From assembly GCA_044220955.1 (NCBI GenBank), contig JBGAQA010000079.1, forward strand, positions 11,206 through 32,868: a stretch of 21,663 nucleotides of DNA, in the 5' to 3' direction. This DNA comes from Sandaracinaceae bacterium (GTDB lineage: Bacteria > Myxococcota_A > Polyangia > Polyangiales > Sandaracinaceae). The notes beneath the pieces were generated by a model. The model saw nothing but the letters and a program-made list of their open reading frames with translations, made no database searches and was not told where the DNA came from. Positions 15,547 to 21,663 of the stretch are shown here, in pieces. A program made the position numbers and the translations under genes. Numbering within the stretch: position 1 is the first letter of the stretch; each line of letters opens with the position of its first letter.

Positions 15547-16989
15547 TCACCAACGGCGGGCGCGGCGCCCGAGCACGAGACCGAGCGCGAGCAGCGCGAG
15601 GCCGGCCACACCGGCGGGTGCCGTCCCGGCGCCGGCCGCGGCGCAGCGACATCCACCGCCGCCCGAGAAGCCCGCCTGGACGCCCGCGTCGATGCCGCTC
15701 GACGCGTCGGACCCGCTGCCGCCCGCGTCGGGCGTGCTCGCACCCGAGTCGGTCCCGGCGCCCCCGGCGTCCGACCCCAGCGCCGCGTCCGTCTGCGCGT
15801 TCCCGGCATCCGCGGGGGCGCCGGCGTCGCTACCGGCGTCGGGGCCGGCGTCGACGGGCGGCGGGTACGTGGGCGTGCAGCCGTCGCCCACGGCGGGCGC
15901 GCACGTGCTCGTCCCCCCTCCCGCGGCGCAGCGCAGCGTGTCGCACGCGTTCGGCGCGCCGTCACCATCGCAGTCGCCTGCGAAGTAGTTCGACGTGATC
16001 GCACCGCTCGGGTCCATGAAGCACGCGTCGGTCGGGCCCATCCCCGCGCAGCTGGCGTCGAAGAACGTCCCGTACACGCAGAGCCCCGTCCGGCCGTCGA
16101 CCGACGGCACGCCGCTCGGCAGGGTCACGCAAGCGCCGGGGGTTCCGTCGAGGTCGGGGCACTGCTCGGGGAGGGGCGCGCCTCCGGGCGTGCTCCCCGG
16201 GGTGCAGAGGAACAAGGTGCTGCAGGGCGGGCGGCAGCGCGGCACGTCGCTCCAGCCGTCCTCGCACTGACCGAGCCCGCGGCAAGGGAAGCTCGACGCC
16301 GTGTCGGGATCGCAGGGTCGCGCGTCGCCGCAGACGAGCCCGGCCGCGGCGTCGTGGGTACACGCGAGCGCAGGCGGTGGCGCGCAGAACGGCGAGTCGA
16401 ACGGCTCGGTCGTCGGCACGCATCCAGAGCCGGCGCTCGCGGCGACGCACGGGTTCGTGTCGTGGCCGTTGGGGCACCCGTCCCCGTCGCAGTCACCGCG
16501 GAAGTAGTCGCTCGTGAAGGCCGTCCGGTCGTCGGCGCGCCGGTGGCACGCAGCGATCTGCGACGAGGAGATGTGGTTGCCTGGCGCGGTGCAGTAGGTC
16601 ACCTGGGCGGCGAGCGGCGTCGTGGTCCCCGTGCCGACCGACCACGTGCAGATCGAAGGAGCACCGGTCGGCGGCGCGACCGGCGAGCAGGTCGGCGCGA
16701 TGTCGTTCACGCGCGGGCAGTCTCCGGCGCTCGTACACGCGAACAGCGTCGTGCAGTCCTCGACGCACTCGCGGGACGCGGTCCCGTTGGAGACGACGTC
16801 CTGGCATGTCTGATCCTCGGTGCCGGGCCCCGTGATGCACGTCGCCCGCGTCGAGCACGACGCGGTGCCGGGCGTGCAGACGCGCCCTCCGGCTGGGTCG
16901 AGGACACACGCGCCGCGATCGGCGCGAGCGGACATCGACCCGGCGCAGAGCACGGCACAGAGCGCGGCTCCCCAAGCTCGCTGGACCAT
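15547..16989 (-). CDS. Cys-rich MYXO-CTERM surface protein with an internal duplicated domain
   Basis: GGAGG RBS, signal peptide (ARA|D), two YFxGDCDGDG motifs and a DAG/DSG linker. The C-terminus GGGGCRC + hydrophobic helix + RRARRW is a MYXO-CTERM sorting signal. Confidence 0.9.
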   Translation of the reverse strand: MVQRAWGAALCAVLCAGSMSARADRGACVLDPAGGRVCTPGTASCSTRATCITGPGTEDQTCQDVVSNGTASRECVEDCTTLFACTSAGDCPRVNDIAPTCSPVAPPTGAPSICTWSVGTGTTTPLAAQVTYCTAPGNHISSSQIAACHRRADDRTAFTSDYFRGDCDGDGCPNGHDTNPCVAASAGSGCVPTTEPFDSPFCAPPPALACTHDAAAGLVCGDARPCDPDTASSFPCRGLGQCEDGWSDVPRCRPPCSTLFLCTPGSTPGGAPLPEQCPDLDGTPGACVTLPSGVPSVDGRTGLCVYGTFFDASCAGMGPTDACFMDPSGAITSNYFAGDCDGDGAPNACDTLRCAAGGGTSTCAPAVGDGCTPTYPPPVDAGPDAGSDAGAPADAGNAQTDAALGSDAGGAGTDSGASTPDAGGSGSDASSGIDAGVQAGFSGGGGCRCAAAGAGTAPAGVAGLALLALGLVLGRRARRW

Positions 16990-17098
16990 AAGCAAGTACC
17001 TCCGGCGGCGGCCGACGGCACCACCGCTAGGGCCATCGTCCACCACGACGATGCTTGTGTCCACCGCCACCCCAGCGGCGTTACGATGTCGGAGGAGC

Positions 17099-18958
17099 AT
17101 GTCCGGCGAGCACGAGTACGAGCTGCTCGAGCGCATCGGCATCGGCGGAATGGCCGAGGTCTACCGGGCCAATTCGCTCGGCGCGGAGGGCTTCGAGCGC
17201 CCGATCGCCATCAAGCGAATCCTGCCGCACCTCGCCGAGGACGAGGACTTCGTCAAGATGTTCATCGACGAGGCCAAGATCGCGGTGCAGCTCTCGCACC
17301 CGAACATCGTCGGCATCTTCGACCTCGGGCGCTTCGGGAACGACTACTTCATCGCGATGGAGCTCGTGCACGGGCGCGACCTGCGCCAGATCCAGGACCG
17401 CGAGGCGCAGCTCGGGCGCCGGCTGCCGCTCGAGATCGCGCTGCACGCCGGCATGAAGGTCTGCGAGGCGCTGCACCACGCCCACTTCAAGGGCGGCGGC
17501 AGCACGATGGGTGAGCCCGTCTTCATCATCCACCGCGACGTCTCGCCGCAGAACGTGCTCGTCTCGTACGACGGCCAGGTGAAGGTGACGGACTTCGGCC
17601 TCGCCAAGGCTGCCGGGCGCGCCGTCCAGACGCAGGCAGGCATCATCAAGGGCAAGCTCGCGTACATGTCGCCCGAGCAGCTCACGAGCGTGCCGATCGA
17701 CCAGCGCAGCGACGTCTTCGCCGCCGGCACGCTCCTCTGGGAGATGCTCACCGGCGCGCGCTTGTTCCTCGGCGCGAACGATCGCGAGACGATCCAGAAC
17801 GTCTTCCAGGCACAGGTCAGCTCCCCCCGGCGCCTCGATCCCGCGATCCCGGCCGAGCTCGATCGCGTGGTGATGCGCGCCCTCGCGAAGGATCGCGACC
17901 AGCGGTACCGGACCGCCCAGGAGCTGCACGACGACCTCGAGGAGGCGGCGTACGCGTGCAACGCGATGATCGGCGCGCCCAGCGTGTCCGCCTACATGCG
18001 CGCGCTCTTCCCGGAGGTGGAGGTGTCGGGCACCGGGCGGCGCCGCGATCCGCGGGCGGCGACGGCGGAGATCCGGCTGACGGACGTCGCGGTCCCGGCG
18101 CGCGGCCCCGCGGTCCAGCCGCGGCGCGCGGCGGAGCTCGATCCGGAGCCGGAGGAGATCGGCGACGACGACATGGCCGAGGAGCTCGACGACGACGAGA
18201 TCCAGCCCGAGCCGGACTCGATCCTGCCGCCCTCGTACGGAGCTCCCGCGTACGGTTACGCCGAGCCCGACGCGGATCCGGAGGAGAGCCGGAAGACGAT
18301 CCCCCCCGCCGACTTGCTCGAGTTCACGACGCCGGCGCCCGGCGGGATGCCGCTGCACACACCGGCCACCGAGCCGCAGCGCGAGCCGGCCAGCGAGATG
18401 CGATCGACGGCCGTCGGCCCCGCCGCCGGCGCACAGGGCAGCGGCCCTCGCGCGGTGATGCCGAAGATGCACGCGCCGCAGCCCATCATCGCGACCTCGC
18501 CGCACCAGTACGGCACGTTCGGTGACGATGACGACGACGACGACCGCACGACGTTCGGTGGACCGCGCTTCGACATCCCGTCCGACACCGGAGGCCGGGC
18601 GACAGTCGACGTCGGCCGTGAGGCCGCCGAGCTCGCGGCGCAGATGCTCGAGCCGCTCGCGACCGACACGACGGGCGGCAATCGTCTGCCACCGGAGGAG
18701 CTGCTCACGACGAAGGCGCACGCGCCGAGCGGCGAGCTCCTCGCGCGTGCCCGGCGCGAGCAGGAGGCCGCGCAGCGCGCGATGCCGAGCGTGCCGGACG
18801 AGGCGCCGGCGCGGGACACCATCCCACCGCCGGACGAGTACGACGACCGCACCGTGGTCGGCGGCGTCGTGGGGAAAGTCCCGCCGGATCCCTTCGCCGA
18901 GTGGGAGGACGAGACCACGCCCGTCGGGGACGAGCCCGCCAAGACGCGCCGCGGGTGA
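17099..18958 (+). CDS. Hanks-type Ser/Thr protein kinase with a long acidic Pro-rich tail
   Basis: GGAGGAG RBS. IGIGGMAEVY, AIK, HRDVSPQN, DFG, YMSPEQ and SDVF are all intact. No transmembrane segment. Confidence 0.96.
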   Translation: MSGEHEYELLERIGIGGMAEVYRANSLGAEGFERPIAIKRILPHLAEDEDFVKMFIDEAKIAVQLSHPNIVGIFDLGRFGNDYFIAMELVHGRDLRQIQDREAQLGRRLPLEIALHAGMKVCEALHHAHFKGGGSTMGEPVFIIHRDVSPQNVLVSYDGQVKVTDFGLAKAAGRAVQTQAGIIKGKLAYMSPEQLTSVPIDQRSDVFAAGTLLWEMLTGARLFLGANDRETIQNVFQAQVSSPRRLDPAIPAELDRVVMRALAKDRDQRYRTAQELHDDLEEAAYACNAMIGAPSVSAYMRALFPEVEVSGTGRRRDPRAATAEIRLTDVAVPARGPAVQPRRAAELDPEPEEIGDDDMAEELDDDEIQPEPDSILPPSYGAPAYGYAEPDADPEESRKTIPPADLLEFTTPAPGGMPLHTPATEPQREPASEMRSTAVGPAAGAQGSGPRAVMPKMHAPQPIIATSPHQYGTFGDDDDDDDRTTFGGPRFDIPSDTGGRATVDVGREAAELAAQMLEPLATDTTGGNRLPPEELLTTKAHAPSGELLARARREQEAAQRAMPSVPDEAPARDTIPPPDEYDDRTVVGGVVGKVPPDPFAEWEDETTPVGDEPAKTRRG

Positions 18959-19016
18959 CTCTCCGGGTCCACCCCCGGACCTCGAAGCTCGGGTCCCGGA
19001 TCTCGGGGTGGATCTC

Positions 19017-19178
19017 GGGGTCACTCCCGCGCCGCCAACCTCGCGATCTGCAAGCGTTCTGGCGGGTAGGTGCGCGTTTCGTGGGATCGCTCCTAAAACA
19101 TGGGCCCTCCGACGAATCGCGCACCTTGCCGCCGGTCGGCAAGGTTTTCGCGGAGTTGGGTAGGTGTGGAGTGACCCC
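19017..19178. repeat. 162-nt long imperfect inverted repeat (MITE/REPIN-like element or structured RNA)
   Basis: Perfect 11-bp termini GGGGTCACTCC / GGAGTGACCCC. Inner arms 19035-46/19148-59 and 19061-82/19112-33 (19 of 22 complementary). Small A-rich loop CTAAAACAT. Confidence 0.85.
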
Positions 19179-19193
19179 TGATATGTTGGGGGG

Positions 19194-20144
19194 GTGAAGG
19201 TCATGACGTCCGCATCGCACCGCGCGCCGCTCGCAGCGTTGACGGTGCCGAGCAAACCGCTCCAGGCGAACGAGCTGCGCGTGCGCGTGCGCGCCGTGGG
19301 CGTGAACCCCGTGGACTGGAAGATGCGCGAGGGCGGGCCGCTGCGGCTCGCGTACCGGCTGCTCGGACCGAGAGGGCCCTTCGTGACGGGCGTGGACTTC
19401 GCGGGCGAGGTCGTCGAGACGGGAGCGGCCGTGTCCGCGCCGAAGGCCGGTGCTCGCGTGGTGGGCGGGACGAACTTCGCCAGGGGGCAGCTCGGCAGCT
19501 ACGCGGACGAGGTCGTCGTGCGCGCCGACCAGGTCGTCGAGATGCCGGGCGCGGTGTCGTTCGAGGCCGCCGCCTGTCTGCCGATCGCCGCGGTCACGCC
19601 GTGGATCGCGCTGACCGAGCACCGGCGGACGAAGGCGGGCGATCGCGTGCTCGTGCTCGGGGCCTCGGGCGGCGTCGGCCTCTTCGCCATCCAGCTCGCA
19701 CGGATGCTGGGCGCCAGGGCCGTGGGCGTCTGCTCGGCGCGCAACGTCGGGCTCGTCGAGCGCCTCGGCGCGACGGCGATCGACTACGGCGCGGGTGATC
19801 CGCTCGAGGCGGCACGCGCCCACGGTCCCTACGACCTGATCTTGCACGCGGTCGGGACCGCGACGTACCCGCTCGGCAAGTGCCGCTCGCTGCTCGCCCG
19901 CGGCGGCCACGTCGAGCTGGTCGTGGTGCGTCCCGCCGACTACCTCGCGGTCGCCTTCCTTCCCTCGGTCAAGACGGTCCTCGGCGCGCCGACGCGCGCT
20001 CGCCTCGAGCCGCTGCTCGCGGCCTTGGCCCGCGGCGAGCTCGAGCCGATCATCGCGGAGACGTTCCCGCTCGAGCAGGCGGAGAAGGCACACGAGCGCT
20101 CGCGAAGCGGAAAGGTCGTGGGCAAGCTCTTGCTGACCCCCTGA
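19194..20144 (+). CDS. NAD(P)-dependent medium-chain dehydrogenase/reductase (quinone oxidoreductase-like, Zn-free)
   Basis: AVGVNPVDWK, GVDFAGEV, GSYAD, VLVLGASGGVG and GKVVGKLLL motifs. Alternative ATG at 19203. Confidence 0.93.
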   Translation: MKVMTSASHRAPLAALTVPSKPLQANELRVRVRAVGVNPVDWKMREGGPLRLAYRLLGPRGPFVTGVDFAGEVVETGAAVSAPKAGARVVGGTNFARGQLGSYADEVVVRADQVVEMPGAVSFEAAACLPIAAVTPWIALTEHRRTKAGDRVLVLGASGGVGLFAIQLARMLGARAVGVCSARNVGLVERLGATAIDYGAGDPLEAARAHGPYDLILHAVGTATYPLGKCRSLLARGGHVELVVVRPADYLAVAFLPSVKTVLGAPTRARLEPLLAALARGELEPIIAETFPLEQAEKAHERSRSGKVVGKLLLTP

Positions 20145-20173
20145 GGCGGCGCTCGCCGCGGTCGCCCTCGACC

Positions 20174-21430
20174 GTGAGCGACGTCGCTGCGCCGTCCGCC
20201 GGCCCCGCGCACGCTCCGAGCGTCGTGCCCCGCCGTCCCACCGAGTTTCGCTACGTCGAGCACGCGTCCCGCCCCGGCGCTCGCCGCGTCCGCAGCGCGG
20301 TGAAGACCTTGCTGGGCCTCGACCTCGAGCCGCCGCCGGACGTCGTGGAGGCGATCGGCGCGATGTACTACGACGCCGATCCGCTCGCCGAGGCCTTCGT
20401 CGACGACGTGTACCTCCGGCGCGGCGCAGCGGCCGGGCGCGCCATGCTCGACGCAGCGCTCGCGAGCGGCGTCGCCTCCCTCGCCGACGCGCCCGAGTCG
20501 CTCGTCCGCCTCTTCGCCGATCTGGAGCAGGCGCCAGCCTGGCTCGATCTCGCACGCGTCGAGCACGGCGCGCGCGTGTTCCGGCGCTACGGACCCGAGA
20601 TGTTCCGCCTCGCCGGCGCGGTGACGCTCGAGGCGTACTCCGAGTCGTCGGTCGCCAAGCCGCTGGCGCTCAGCGGAGGCTACCAGGGCGACTCGACGCG
20701 CAAGCGCTTCCTCGAGACGGTCGCCTTCTGGCTCGCGGTCTCCGCGCCCCACGGGCTCGAGCCGGGCGCCGAGGGGCGCGCCGCCGCGATGCGCGTCCGC
20801 ATGATGCACGTCTTCGTGCGCCGCCGGCTGCTCGGTCACCGCGAGTGGGATCTCGACGCGTGGGGTGTCCCCATCAGCCAGGCCGACGCGACGCTCACGC
20901 TCATGGGCGGCTCGTTCGTGCCCGGCCTGATGATGCGACTGCTCGGGCACCGCCCGAGCCGCCAGGACGTCGAGGCGTCGATGCACTTCTGGCGCTGGGT
21001 CGGGCACCTCATGGGCGTGCGCCCGCGCTGGTACCCCGAGACGATGGAAGAGGCCGCGCAGCTTCTCTGGGTCGCGCGCCTCAAGGGCGTGCGGCGCGCG
21101 GGTGACGACGGTGTGCGCCTCTGCCAGTCGTTCGCGCGCGCGTTCGAGTCGGCCGGGCCGCTCGAGAACAAGCTGCACCTCGGCTTCACGCGCTTCTTCC
21201 TCTCGAAGAAGACGTACGAGGCGAACGCGATGCCGCCCGCCGGGCTCTGGGCGCTCGCGCCCCTCACGATGTTTCCGGTCGTCTTCACGGCCGAGACGCT
21301 GCGACGGCGCGTCCCGTCGCTCGAGGGCGTCGCCGATCGGGTCGCCACCCGCCGCGCGCGTCGCTTCTACGAGCGACACGCCGGCGGCGCGCACGCGGAG
21401 TTCCACGCGCCGGCGGCGTTCACCCGCTGA
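20174..21430 (+). CDS. Oxygenase MpaB / DUF2236 family protein (Lcp-like heme fold)
   Basis: DPLA, PAWLD, RFLET, RVRMMHVFVR, WGVPISQAD and HFWRWVGHLMGV motifs. GTG start 29 nt after the upstream stop. Confidence 0.88.
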   Translation: MSDVAAPSAGPAHAPSVVPRRPTEFRYVEHASRPGARRVRSAVKTLLGLDLEPPPDVVEAIGAMYYDADPLAEAFVDDVYLRRGAAAGRAMLDAALASGVASLADAPESLVRLFADLEQAPAWLDLARVEHGARVFRRYGPEMFRLAGAVTLEAYSESSVAKPLALSGGYQGDSTRKRFLETVAFWLAVSAPHGLEPGAEGRAAAMRVRMMHVFVRRRLLGHREWDLDAWGVPISQADATLTLMGGSFVPGLMMRLLGHRPSRQDVEASMHFWRWVGHLMGVRPRWYPETMEEAAQLLWVARLKGVRRAGDDGVRLCQSFARAFESAGPLENKLHLGFTRFFLSKKTYEANAMPPAGLWALAPLTMFPVVFTAETLRRRVPSLEGVADRVATRRARRFYERHAGGAHAEFHAPAAFTR

Positions 21431-21600
21431 GTCCGCGACGCTCAGTCGCCGACACCTATTCGAGCTCTCCCCGAGTCGATGCAGCCTCGGGCAAGACCAG
21501 GCGAATGCGCGACACGAGCGGTGTGCCACGCGAGGCGAGCGGTAGCGAGCCGAGTCGGAGCAGGGGTGGGGCCCCGTGTCCGATTCACTCGGCACGGGGC

Positions 21601-21641
21601 GGGGCGGGCATCCGCCCCGAAGAAATCAGCATCCGCCCCGA
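21601..21641. repeat. 13-bp direct repeat overlapping a GC hairpin
   Basis: gcatccgccccga at 21608 and 21629. ggggcgg...ccgcccc forms a stem at 21601-21618. Confidence 0.55.
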
Positions 21642-21663
21642 GAAAGACGACAACGCCGGGCGC

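Noticed and set aside
15547..16989. TraA kin-recognition receptor
   Set aside because: It has Cys-rich repeats and MYXO-CTERM, but no recognisable PA14-like variable domain and no adjacent TraB (OmpA/beta-barrel) gene.

Overview
Very GC-rich bacterial DNA with the hallmarks of Myxococcota (probably Polyangia/Sandaracinus-like): a MYXO-CTERM-anchored protein, many Cys-rich lipoproteins with DAG/DMG linkers, and a Hanks-type Ser/Thr kinase. The window begins in the 3' part of pyrG, whose glutaminase nucleophile Cys reads as Tyr and which carries a palindromic in-frame insertion. It continues with a three-gene Cys-rich lipoprotein cluster, an orphan lipoprotein divergent from a Crp/Fnr regulator and carboxylesterase, a TPR/LpoA-like periplasmic-binding lipoprotein, a PlsC-type acyltransferase, a PI-PLC-like lipoprotein and an atypical SDR. 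The right half holds an NTF2/SnoaL lipoprotein, a Cys-repeat lipoprotein, an M23 peptidase, an ATP-grasp protein, a MYXO-CTERM protein with a duplicated unknown domain, the kinase, an MDR-family reductase and an MpaB/DUF2236 oxygenase. About half of the genes encode exported or envelope proteins. Non-coding highlights are a 162-nt, almost fully base-paired hairpin element (19017-19178), three sigma54-like promoters in front of lipoprotein genes (one with a perfect 18-bp palindrome upstream), and recurring promoter motifs placed directly before SD-less start codons (probable leaderless mRNAs). No rRNA, tRNA, CRISPR array or transposase was seen. All calls come from reading the sequence by eye; no database searches were run.
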